64,000 bases of DNA from an uncultured Desulfarculus sp. (GTDB taxonomy: Bacteria; Desulfobacterota; Desulfarculia; Desulfarculales; Desulfarculaceae): contig CAXXUK010000001.1 of the NCBI GenBank assembly GCA_963665125.2, forward strand, positions 2,400,001-2,464,000, in the 5' to 3' direction. The notes beneath the pieces were generated by a model. It was not told where the DNA came from, searched no databases, and was given only the letters and a program-made list of their open reading frames with translations. Numbering within the stretch: the stretch's first letter is position 1; the number at the start of each line of letters is the position of its first letter. Positions 17,775 to 26,639 of the stretch are shown here, piece by piece. A program made the translations under genes and the position numbers.

Positions 17775-17919
17775 AACCGCCTCCTAACCAGTAATATTTT
17801 CACATATACCAATAAACTACAGCACCACCGCGGGGGCCTGTCAAATACTATCATCACGGGTCCCGGCACGGGCAATACCCCAAAATAACACTGACATTGT
17901 TTTTTTCCCCCTACCCCGC

Positions 17920-17948
17920 TTGACAGGCAGGCGGTCCGGTACTATGTT
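17920..17948 (+). promoter_or_regulatory. sigma70 promoter of the NifX-like gene
   Basis: TTGACA-17 nt-TATGTT. Confidence 0.5.
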
Positions 17949-18006
17949 TTGAGCAATTGCACAAAACAACCCAAATATGGTTGCACATTAAAGAGGAGAC
18001 ACACAA

Positions 18007-18393
18007 ATGAAAGTTGCGGTTCCCAGCATGGCTCCCGGCGGCATCGAAGCCCCGCTCAGCGGCCACTTTGGTCATTGCGACGCCTTTACCTTGTTGGAAG
18101 TTGAAGACGGCAAGGTTACCGACATCAAGATCCTGCCCAATGAAGGCCACGTTCAAGGCGGTTGCATGGCTCCGGTAATGCTGCTCAAAAACGCCGGTGT
18201 CGACGTACTGTTGGCCGGCGGCATGGGCGCGCGTCCCTTGGCCGGTTTCCAGCAGGTGGGCATAGACGTCTACTTCTGGGGCGACGCCATGACCGTTGAC
18301 AGGGCTATCGGCATGTTCGCCAGCGGCCAAGCGCCAAAATTCGGTCCGGCCCAGGTCTGCGGCGGAGGCGGCGGAGGCTGCGGCGGTCATTAA
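18007..18393 (+). CDS. NifB/NifX-family metal-cluster-binding protein
   Basis: SGHFGHC, GGMGARP, Gly/Cys tail CGGGGGGCGGH; GAGGAG SD. Confidence 0.9.
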   Translation: MKVAVPSMAPGGIEAPLSGHFGHCDAFTLLEVEDGKVTDIKILPNEGHVQGGCMAPVMLLKNAGVDVLLAGGMGARPLAGFQQVGIDVYFWGDAMTVDRAIGMFASGQAPKFGPAQVCGGGGGGCGGH

Positions 18394-18437
18394 GCCGCCG
18401 GCATAATCATCTCCAAAGCACCCTGCGGCAAAAGCCA

Positions 18438-18468
18438 CGCCCCCGTAAGCGCAATCGCTACGGGGGCG
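18438..18468. terminator. Hairpin between convergent genes
   Basis: CGCCCCCGTA(A)GCG / CGCTACGGGGGCG stem with CAAT loop. Confidence 0.6.
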
Positions 18469-18508
18469 CCGCTGTTTGGCCATGGCGGTCAACCGCCGAC
18501 CGCGTTTT

Positions 18509-19132
18509 TTAGTCGTGCCAAAGGTCCACCATGTCCAACAACCGCTTGAGGCGGTCGCCGGCGCACTGAGCCAGCACCTGCAACTCCGGCGCATCGGCCA
18601 GCTTTTCGGCCAGGGTGTTTATTTCGGCCAGGGCGCCCTCCACCGGCCCCTGGACCTCCTTGGTCACCAGATCGACAAAGCGGCGCTTGGCCTTGTTTCT
18701 TTCTTCGGCCAGGCGGCTGTTATGCAACAACAACTTGCGGTGTTCCACGGCGCGCAGCGCCACGCTTCGCAGTTCATCGGGCGTGAACGGCTTGGGCAGG
18801 AAATCGAACGCCCCGTGCCGCAGGGCCGTAAGGGCGGCGCTCACCGTGGCGTAGGCCGTCATTACGACCTTTACCGTACCCGGCGACTTTTCATTGAACT
18901 CATCCATGATGGCCATGCCGGGCATACCGGGCAACATGAAGTCAATGAAAGCGACATCCGGCTTTCCGGACTGGATCATATGTACGGCTTCTTGTCCCGA
19001 AGCCGCCGTTGTCACTTGATATCCCTCGCGGCGTAAAACCTCGCTGCACGCTTGGCACAAGGTTTCCTCATCATCAACGACCAGAATTCTTACATCCTCG
19101 GGCAACTGTAGATAGGTGGAAGACTCAGACAT
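18509..19132 (-). CDS. Response regulator (receiver plus short helical tail)
   Basis: ILVVDDE, FIDFMLPG, MTAY, FLPKPF; GGGGAGG SD before ATG 19132. Confidence 0.88.
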   Translation of the reverse strand: MSESSTYLQLPEDVRILVVDDEETLCQACSEVLRREGYQVTTAASGQEAVHMIQSGKPDVAFIDFMLPGMPGMAIMDEFNEKSPGTVKVVMTAYATVSAALTALRHGAFDFLPKPFTPDELRSVALRAVEHRKLLLHNSRLAEERNKAKRRFVDLVTKEVQGPVEGALAEINTLAEKLADAPELQVLAQCAGDRLKRLLDMVDLWHD

Positions 19133-19246
19133 CACAACCTCCCCGGCCTGGGCAAACGGACTTAATGGCACGTTGTTTTTTCATGCCCATATATTATGAT
19201 TCTGCGCCGATTTTTAGATTGCGGTCAAGGGTGGGAGGGAAAAGCG

Positions 19247-20599
19247 TCAGGTATTGTCGCCGAACTCCGCCTCGAGATCATACTTGCGGATCTTGCCGCG
19301 CAGGGTCTTGCGGTCGATGCCCAGGGCCTTGGCCGTATCGCCCTTGCGGCCGCCGAACCTGCGTAGGGTGTTCTCGATATGCCGCCTTTCCAGCTCGGCC
19401 AAGGAGGCCACCTCTCCGCTGTCATCGCCGCCGCCCGTTGCCGGCGAGCTGACGTTCATGTCCTCGACGCTGATCAATTGGCCGCGGGCCAACACAGCCA
19501 GCCGCTGGACCGTATTCTCCAATTCCCGGACATTGCCGGGCCAGCTATGGCGGGTCAGCATTTCCATGGCCTTGGGCTCGAAGCCCCTAACCCTGGCCGG
19601 GCTGCGGTAGCGATAGCGGTCCAGGAAAAACTCGGCGAGGATGGGGACATCCTCGGGCCGCTTGCGTAGCGGCGGCATCTCGATATAGACGACGTTGAGG
19701 CGGTAAAAAAGGTCTTGCCGGAAGGTGCCGTCGGCCACGGCCACCGACAGATCCTGGTTGGTGGCGGCGATCATCCTGGTGTCCACCGAAATGACCCGGT
19801 TGCTGCCCACCCGGCAGACGGCCCGGTCTTCAACGGCCTTGAGGAGCTTTGCCTGAATCTCCAGACTGATGTTGGCCACCTCGTCAAAAAACAGCGTGCC
19901 TCCGTCGGCCAGCTCGAACTTGCCCATCTTGTCGGCCTCGGCCCCGGTGAACGAGCCTTTAGAGTGGCCGAAAAGCTCGGATTCGAACAGCGTCGGCACC
20001 AAAGTCGAGCAGTCCACCGAGACAAACGGCGCGCTTCGGCGGCTCGACATCTCGTGGATCATCCGGGCCAGCAGACCCTTGCCCGTGCCGCTCTCGCCGG
20101 TCAACAGCACCGTGGCGTCGGATGGGGCGACCCGGCGGGCGATCTCCATGACCTGTTCCATTACCGGGGAGCGGTAGACTATCTTGGTGGGGGTTCGCCG
20201 CTTTATCTCTTCGCGCAGGTAGGCGTTTTCCAGGATGAGCTGCCGCTTTTCCCTGGCCTTTTCCACGGCGCCGCGCAGGCGGTCGGGCGTAAAAGGCTTG
20301 CTGACAAAGTCAAAGGCGCCAACCTTCATCGCCTCCACGGCGCGCTCTATGGAGCCGTGGCCGCTGATGATGATCACCACTGCCTGGGGGTCTTGTTTGA
20401 TGATCCGCCTGAGCACGGTCATGCCGTCCACATCGGGCATGCGCAGGTCCAGCAGAATCAGGTCAAAGGCGAATTTGCCCAGCAAAGACAGGCCCCTCTG
20501 GCCGTTTTCCGCCATTTCAACGCTATGGCCCTGGCGGTGCAATATCTCGCCGCTGGCGTCGCGCATCGCCGGATCATCATCGATCACCAATATTTTCAT
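19247..20599 (-). CDS. sigma54-dependent (NtrC-type) response regulator
   Basis: Receiver domain, GESGTGK, ESELFGH, GSFTGA, FRQDLFYRL, WPGNVREL, Fis-type HTH; start could be 20626. Confidence 0.93.
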   Translation of the reverse strand: MKILVIDDDPAMRDASGEILHRQGHSVEMAENGQRGLSLLGKFAFDLILLDLRMPDVDGMTVLRRIIKQDPQAVVIIISGHGSIERAVEAMKVGAFDFVSKPFTPDRLRGAVEKAREKRQLILENAYLREEIKRRTPTKIVYRSPVMEQVMEIARRVAPSDATVLLTGESGTGKGLLARMIHEMSSRRSAPFVSVDCSTLVPTLFESELFGHSKGSFTGAEADKMGKFELADGGTLFFDEVANISLEIQAKLLKAVEDRAVCRVGSNRVISVDTRMIAATNQDLSVAVADGTFRQDLFYRLNVVYIEMPPLRKRPEDVPILAEFFLDRYRYRSPARVRGFEPKAMEMLTRHSWPGNVRELENTVQRLAVLARGQLISVEDMNVSSPATGGGDDSGEVASLAELERRHIENTLRRFGGRKGDTAKALGIDRKTLRGKIRKYDLEAEFGDNT

Positions 20600-20693
20600 T
20601 TGGTTGGAAACCAAAATCCACCTCATAAATTTGCACTATTTTTAACATAATCCCGGTCCGGCGCGCAAGTTAAGTGGTTGTTAAATCCAGCCG

Positions 20694-20722
20694 TTGACTA
20701 AAAGGTGGTTTGGTAATAGGTT
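20694..20722 (+). promoter_or_regulatory. sigma70 promoter of pncB
   Basis: TTGACT-17 nt-TAGGTT. Confidence 0.5.
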
Positions 20723-20761
20723 TGTGCCAATTGTTGCCAAATACATGAGAGAGACCGGACA

Positions 20762-22114
20762 ATGCGCCCAACATCAACGGCTTTGCACACAGACTTTTAC
20801 CAGATCACCATGGCCGCCTCATACTACGACAACGGCTACAACGGCCAGGCCACCTTCAGCCTGTTTTCCCATGACGTACCCTCTTGCCGCGGCTATCTGG
20901 TGAACGCCGGTCTGGAATATTGCCTCGACTACCTGCGGGACTTTCATTTTACGGCCGAGGAGATCGACTACCTGCGTTCTCTGAACCGTTTCCAGCCGGA
21001 GTTTCTTGATTATCTGGCCAAGATCCGCTTCACCGGCGATGTATGGGCCGCTCCGGAGGGCTCCGTCTTTTTTGCCGGCGAACCCGTGTTGGAAGTCACC
21101 GCCCCGCTTATTGAAGCGCAACTGGTGGAAACATACCTCATCAACACAATCAACCTGCATTCCACCCTGGCCAGCAAGGCCGCCCGCTGCTATCAGGCAG
21201 CCCAGGGCCGCACCTGCGTGGATTTCAGCCTGCGCCGCACCATGGGCCTAGACGCCGGTTTCGCCGCGGCCCGGTCTTCGGCCATCACCGGTTTCACCGG
21301 CACCAGCAACGTCGCCGCGGCCATGGCCCTGGATATGACCCCGGTGGGCACCATGGCCCACGCCTTTGTGGAGGCCATCGGCGACGAGGAAGAGTCGTTC
21401 CGCTGCTTTGCCAAAACTTTCCCGGACCACACCGTTCTTCTGGTCGACACCTACGACAGCGAAGAAGGCATCCACAGGGCGGTGCATGTGGCCAAGGAAC
21501 TGGCCAAACAGGGCCACACCATGATCGGCGTACGCCTGGATTCCGGCGATCTGGTGAAAATGAGCCGTAGGGCCAGGGCCATCCTGGATGACGCCGGGCT
21601 GCCGGAAGCCAAGGTTGTCGTCTCCGGCAGCCTGGATGAAATGCGCATCGCCGAACTGGCCGAAGCCAAGGCCGATATCGACATGCTGGGCATCGGCACC
21701 AAAATGGGCTCTTCGGCCGACCAGCCCTACATCGACCTGGCCTACAAGCTAGTGCTCTACGACGGCCGCCCTACCCTTAAGCTGAGCACGGGCAAGGTGA
21801 CCTGGGCCTCGGCCAAGCAGCTTTGGCGCAGCTACGGGCCAAACGGCGTAATCTCCGGAGATGAGCTGTGCCTGCGCGAAGAGCAGCGAAACGGCAAGGC
21901 CATCTTGGGCCAGGTCATGAAAGACGGCAAGGATTACGGCCCCCGGGAGACCTGGCGGGAAGCCAGAGACCGCTTCATGTCCGAACTGGCCACCCTGCCC
22001 CGGCAGTGCCTGGACCTGCGCAATCCCCAGCCAATCCAATTGAGTGTCAGCCCCGCGTTGCAACAAGTCCAGGCCAGAGCCCGGGCGGCCGCCTTGGGCA
22101 ATGGCCATAATTGA
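20762..22114 (+). CDS. pncB: Nicotinate phosphoribosyltransferase
   Basis: TDFYQITM, GTSNV, GTMAH, LVDTYD, GVRLDSGD. Confidence 0.93.
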   Translation: MRPTSTALHTDFYQITMAASYYDNGYNGQATFSLFSHDVPSCRGYLVNAGLEYCLDYLRDFHFTAEEIDYLRSLNRFQPEFLDYLAKIRFTGDVWAAPEGSVFFAGEPVLEVTAPLIEAQLVETYLINTINLHSTLASKAARCYQAAQGRTCVDFSLRRTMGLDAGFAAARSSAITGFTGTSNVAAAMALDMTPVGTMAHAFVEAIGDEEESFRCFAKTFPDHTVLLVDTYDSEEGIHRAVHVAKELAKQGHTMIGVRLDSGDLVKMSRRARAILDDAGLPEAKVVVSGSLDEMRIAELAEAKADIDMLGIGTKMGSSADQPYIDLAYKLVLYDGRPTLKLSTGKVTWASAKQLWRSYGPNGVISGDELCLREEQRNGKAILGQVMKDGKDYGPRETWREARDRFMSELATLPRQCLDLRNPQPIQLSVSPALQQVQARARAAALGNGHN

Positions 22115-22147
22115 TTCCCACCCGCCACATTGTGCTACTCTGTATTT

Positions 22148-22269
22148 AGGACGGCTCCCCGACTTCGGGGAGCGCCCCTGGCGGTTCAAGCAGCCGTAGC
22201 GGCAGGACGAACCGCTGACGGAGTTCCACGGAGCAGACCGTCGCAAAAACGTCTTCAGCACGGAGGGCG
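22148..22269 (+). ncRNA. Candidate structured 5' leader RNA (four-way junction)
   Basis: Four mutually compatible stems found by hand, downstream of an extended -10 (TGcTACTCT) and ending at the SD of the next gene. Confidence 0.5.
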
Positions 22270-22271
22270 GC

Positions 22272-23090
22272 ATGAGCATTATCACAGTATCCGGTGAAAT
22301 GGGATCGTTGCGCGATGAACTGGCCATCGAGATATGCAAGCGCAGCGGAATGGAGTGCGTGGACAGGCTGACCCTGATGGAAGCGGTGGAAGGCTTGGTG
22401 GACATCACCAGGGACGAGCACCAGCTCCTGGCCGAACAAGGGCCGGCCCTGTTGGACATGGGCACTCGCAAGAGACGCGTATTCAGCGCCTTCCTGGAGG
22501 CGGTCGTCCTTCAGTACGCCCAAAAGGGCGAAGTCGTCCTGGTGGGCCGGGGAGCCAACCTCCTGTTGCGCATGGTGCCGGGCGTACTCCGGCTGCGCAC
22601 GGTGGCGCCTCTGGAAATTCGCGCCAGCCGCCTGGCCCACAGCGACAATCTGGAATTGGACCGCGCGCGGCAACTGGCCACGGTGGTCGACCAGCAGCGG
22701 CGGGCCTATGTGGCGCATGTTTTCGGCTCGGATTGGTCGTCGGCCCTGAACTACGACATGGTGCTCAACATGGGCCGCCTGACCCTGGAACAGGCCGCGA
22801 CCACGGTGCTGGATCTGGCGGCGCATCCCGAATTCCAGATGTCTTCGGACAGCGAGAGGCTGCTCGGCGATATGGTCATGGCCGCCAAGGTGCGCCGGGC
22901 CATCGTAGCCGAAGTGGACATTCACGCCCTGGAGGTGGAATGCGCCGAAGGCAGGGTGCGGGTGGCCGGTTACGTGGCCAACCAGAACGACCAGATTCGG
23001 GCCCTGGAGGTCATTGCCGAAGTTGAAGATGTCGGCGAAATCGACTCGGTCATCGAAGTATCGCCGACCTTGATGAAGTTCCTACCCTAA
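22272..23090 (+). CDS. Cytidylate-kinase-like family protein with C-terminal BON domain
   Basis: IITVSGEMGS, VVLVGRGA, YDMVLN; BON-like tail LEVECAEGRVRVAGYV. Confidence 0.85.
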   Translation: MSIITVSGEMGSLRDELAIEICKRSGMECVDRLTLMEAVEGLVDITRDEHQLLAEQGPALLDMGTRKRRVFSAFLEAVVLQYAQKGEVVLVGRGANLLLRMVPGVLRLRTVAPLEIRASRLAHSDNLELDRARQLATVVDQQRRAYVAHVFGSDWSSALNYDMVLNMGRLTLEQAATTVLDLAAHPEFQMSSDSERLLGDMVMAAKVRRAIVAEVDIHALEVECAEGRVRVAGYVANQNDQIRALEVIAEVEDVGEIDSVIEVSPTLMKFLP

Positions 23091-23108
23091 TTGACGCCGC
23101 AATAAGCC

Positions 23109-23140
23109 ACGGGCCGCCCGTTGGCGGGCGGTCCGTTATT
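23109..23140. terminator. Terminator hairpin between convergent genes
   Basis: ACGGGCCGCCCG / CGGGCGGTCCGT stem, TTGG loop. Confidence 0.7.
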
Positions 23141-26100
23141 TACCCCACTCCAGGCTGTAGAAGATATCCATACCCGTATCGCGGGTGTCGCCGACCTGGC
23201 TCTCCACGGACCAATGGCGGCTGAACTGATACTCCAAGCCCACGTTTTGGCCGCCCTCGCTGCCCAGATTCTTGCGGTAACGCAGATACAAGTCATCGTT
23301 GATGTATTTTCCGGCCTCCAAAGACGCGCCGTATTGGGCGCTGTCGTGCACGGTGATGACATCCGGGGAGAACTCCGGTCCGATGATGCGGCGCAGGGCC
23401 CGGCTGCCCTGGGAACCCAACAGGGCGATGGCCTGGGCCGAAAGGTAGTTCTGTTGGTCGCCGCTGAGTTCGCTGGCCGGGTGACCGAACACAATGGTGC
23501 TGAGCAGGTCGGCCTGGTTCATCGGCGGCTGGGAACTCAAGTTTATCGTGGGGTTGGAGGTGGTTCCTGATATCAAGGCGAACACCTCTATGCTGCCCAT
23601 CTTGAGCTTGGCTTCCAGATCCATATCCGGGTCGATATTTTGTTTGTAGCCGAAATCCAGGACGCCGCGCACAAGCTGCACTCTGCGGCCGTAGATCAGA
23701 ATCAAACCGTTTACCAGCTTGATTTTCCCGCCGTAGGAAATCCATTCACCGGCCTGCTTCTTGATGGTCATGGCCCCGCTCAAGCTGAACCAGCCGTCCT
23801 TTATGTCGATGCGCAGACCACGGTTGAGGTCGATGGCCGCATCAACGGCAAGGCTGCCCAACCAGCCCGTGGGCCGCCACTGGCTCTTGTTATGGCCGAT
23901 TGGCGGCGGCTCCTGGCCCGGCCGCATGATCACCACCTCTTCCATGTCCGCCGCGGAGAGCATGTGATACCGGATAAAGGCCTTGAACGGTTCGATCTTG
24001 CCGCTAAGTTCGGGCTGGTCCAGCGGCCCTTTCAGGGCCAGATCCACGGCCATGCGAACCCACCCCAGTTCACCAAGGCTTATCTTCACGTCCGGCCCGC
24101 CCAGGTGCAGATCATAGCTGCCCTTTTGGGCCCGGGGCAGTTGAATCTCGCCGCTGAGTTCCAGCGGCGAATCGTCAATGGCGGCGGAAAGCTTGAATTG
24201 CCGGATGTGGATCGTCCGGTCCTGCAATTCCAAATTGATATTGATGTGCCTGGGGCCTTGCCCGGTCTGGGGGATGATAAACGAAGCGTCAGTGATCGAC
24301 AGTTGGCCGCTCAAATTGGGCGCGTCCCACGAGCCGCGGCAATCAACCGACACCGAAAGCATGCCCTTTGGGTTGTAGATCCACGGCAGATACCCGCTGA
24401 GGGCGGCCAGGGGCAGCTTGTCGGCCCAGAGCCTTGCAGTCATGCCTTTATCCGTGGGTTCGACCACTGGCGGCCGAAGGCTGATCTCCAAACCCAACTG
24501 CGCCGTGAAGGTCAGCAACGGTTTGCCCTGGGCCACGACCTCTCCGTTCAGCTCCAGTTGATCCTCGCCATAGCGGCCCTGGAAACGGAAATCGCAATCC
24601 GGCAGATGAGGCCCGCCGATTTCATCCACAACGCCGCTGATAACGGCCACCGGCGAGTCAAGCTTGCCGGAAAGGCTGGCCCGTCCGGTCAACTTGCCCC
24701 TGGCGACCGATCCCCCCGTGACGCTTTGGAACGTCGCGACGGCAATATCCTGCAGACGCAGTTGGGCGTCCACCGGACCGGCCAGATCGACCTTGCCGTC
24801 CAGCCATGCCTTTTGACCGTTTTGGCCCATTTGCAGTCCGGACACGGCAAATCCGCCACTGCTGATGGACAATCTGGCTTTGCCGTCCTGCTGCCAGCGG
24901 CCGACATCCTCGTTCCAGATATCGAGTCCGCTCAAGGTGCTGTTTTCCGGCAACCATGCGCCGGTCTCATGCTGGAGCGTGCCGCCGGCCGTTAGGCTCT
25001 TGCCGGTCATTTGAAAATCCAGGCGGCTGTTGTCAGGCAGGCGGGTGTACTTGATCTGGGCTGAAGCCAGGTCCACATCGCCGCTTATCAGGTCTTCTGC
25101 CGTGATTAAAAACGCCCCCGTGGGCCTGCCGGCAGGGTCCTTGATATCGGCCTTAAATTCAAAAAAACTGGCTATCAGATTCGGCGTCTGCAATTCACGG
25201 CACTGGATCTGGGCCTTGATGGCAGGATTGCGCCACGGCCCGGCCATCCGGGCCTTCAGCGTCGCCTGGCCGTGATAACCGGCGTTTTCCAGCAGGCCCG
25301 CAGCCTTGGCCGCAAGGGCCAGGTTGACCAGGTCCGAGGTTGTCAGGGTCAGCTCGATATCAGCCCGATCGGCGTCAAATGTCCCCGACGCGCTCAATTG
25401 CCCCCAGCCAAGATCGGCGTCCATGGAGTCAAGGCCCACGGCCTCGCCGTCCAGGCGGCATGAAACCTGGAGGCCGGGTAAATCAACGCCCGAGGCCAGG
25501 CAGCAGTTGCCCAGGCTCAGTCCCAGGGAAAGACGGCCGTCCTTGCGGTCCAACAAAGCCTGGCCACTGAGCTGGACGCCCGCGGCCCATTTAGGCAGGA
25601 TGTCGTTTAAAAACGGCGGAGGGCACATCTGGACGAAACGCACCTCGGCCCGTTTTAGACCGGCCAGTCCCTTGCCCAGATGGCATTGCATGCCGCCGGT
25701 CAAAGCGCCCCAGGGGGCCTTGAATTCAACCTTTTCAAGCGTACACTCTTCCCCGACAAGACCCAGGTGTCCCTTTACATCGGCCTTGAGTGCGGGCCAG
25801 GCGATCTTTATATCCATGGCGTTGAACGGGCCGTCGACTTCGATATCGGCATCACCGGCCTGGGTCGGCACATGACTGGGCCAGGGCAACCCGGCCCTAT
25901 CGAGGCCCCTGGCCCGGATATTGCCCTTTATCACCACGGTTGAGGTCCAGTCGACGATCACGCCGCCCTGCACATTGGCCTCGCCGCCGGTCAGCTTCAA
26001 CTTGGCCAGGACCAGCTTGTCGCCGTCCAGTTCCGCTTGGCCGGACAGGCCTATCTTTGGGGCAATGTCCTCCAGGGACCATTGGCTTTGGTCTATGAAG

Positions 26101-26639
26101 CCGTCAACCGATACCTTGCCCCCCTCCACGATCAAGCCGCCACGCAGCTTTATGCCTGACACCTCCGAAACCGGCCCCATCATTCCGCCGGAGCGCAGCG
26201 CGGCGTTGTTCAGTATGATGCGTTTGATCTTCAGGGCAAAATCACTATCGCCGCCGCTTCCTCCGCCGCCCAGGCCGGAGACACCTGGCAGATCGACCCA
26301 GACATCCCGGCCCATAACGGAGGATATCTCCAATTCGTCTCCCAGAAGCGCGAACAGGCTGTAGGCCAGGGAAAGTTCCCCGGCGGTCACCAGGGGACGG
26401 CCGTCCTTGCTCAGGGCCACGTTCCTGACTCGCAGGCCGCCGAGAATGGACCCTCCCAGTTCATCAAAGGTCAACTCGGCCCCAAGGGCTTGGCCCGCCG
26501 CCTGTTTTATCTGCTGGGCCAGCCATTGCCTGGCGGGCGGCGTCTGCAACACGGCCATGCCGCCCAGCAGCACCAACGCAATCAATCCGCCCACGGCCAC
26601 CGTCAGCCAAGCTATTACCCTGTTGATGCGAACGGCCAT
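23136..26639 (-). CDS. tamB: Translocation and assembly module TamB (AsmA-like)
   Basis: N-terminal TM anchor, long beta-rich body, C-terminal SSQPPM..DLLS and EAGKYI motifs; 1-nt overlap with the Omp85 gene. Confidence 0.88.
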   Translation of the reverse strand: MAVRINRVIAWLTVAVGGLIALVLLGGMAVLQTPPARQWLAQQIKQAAGQALGAELTFDELGGSILGGLRVRNVALSKDGRPLVTAGELSLAYSLFALLGDELEISSVMGRDVWVDLPGVSGLGGGGSGGDSDFALKIKRIILNNAALRSGGMMGPVSEVSGIKLRGGLIVEGGKVSVDGFIDQSQWSLEDIAPKIGLSGQAELDGDKLVLAKLKLTGGEANVQGGVIVDWTSTVVIKGNIRARGLDRAGLPWPSHVPTQAGDADIEVDGPFNAMDIKIAWPALKADVKGHLGLVGEECTLEKVEFKAPWGALTGGMQCHLGKGLAGLKRAEVRFVQMCPPPFLNDILPKWAAGVQLSGQALLDRKDGRLSLGLSLGNCCLASGVDLPGLQVSCRLDGEAVGLDSMDADLGWGQLSASGTFDADRADIELTLTTSDLVNLALAAKAAGLLENAGYHGQATLKARMAGPWRNPAIKAQIQCRELQTPNLIASFFEFKADIKDPAGRPTGAFLITAEDLISGDVDLASAQIKYTRLPDNSRLDFQMTGKSLTAGGTLQHETGAWLPENSTLSGLDIWNEDVGRWQQDGKARLSISSGGFAVSGLQMGQNGQKAWLDGKVDLAGPVDAQLRLQDIAVATFQSVTGGSVARGKLTGRASLSGKLDSPVAVISGVVDEIGGPHLPDCDFRFQGRYGEDQLELNGEVVAQGKPLLTFTAQLGLEISLRPPVVEPTDKGMTARLWADKLPLAALSGYLPWIYNPKGMLSVSVDCRGSWDAPNLSGQLSITDASFIIPQTGQGPRHININLELQDRTIHIRQFKLSAAIDDSPLELSGEIQLPRAQKGSYDLHLGGPDVKISLGELGWVRMAVDLALKGPLDQPELSGKIEPFKAFIRYHMLSAADMEEVVIMRPGQEPPPIGHNKSQWRPTGWLGSLAVDAAIDLNRGLRIDIKDGWFSLSGAMTIKKQAGEWISYGGKIKLVNGLILIYGRRVQLVRGVLDFGYKQNIDPDMDLEAKLKMGSIEVFALISGTTSNPTINLSSQPPMNQADLLSTIVFGHPASELSGDQQNYLSAQAIALLGSQGSRALRRIIGPEFSPDVITVHDSAQYGASLEAGKYINDDLYLRYRKNLGSEGGQNVGLEYQFSRHWSVESQVGDTRDTGMDIFYSLEWGK

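Noticed and set aside
22148..22255. Assignment of the leader to SRP, 6S, tRNA-Sec, c-di-GMP, c-di-AMP, ZTP or glycine families
   Set aside because: I could not find their signature sequences on either strand; left unassigned pending an Rfam scan.
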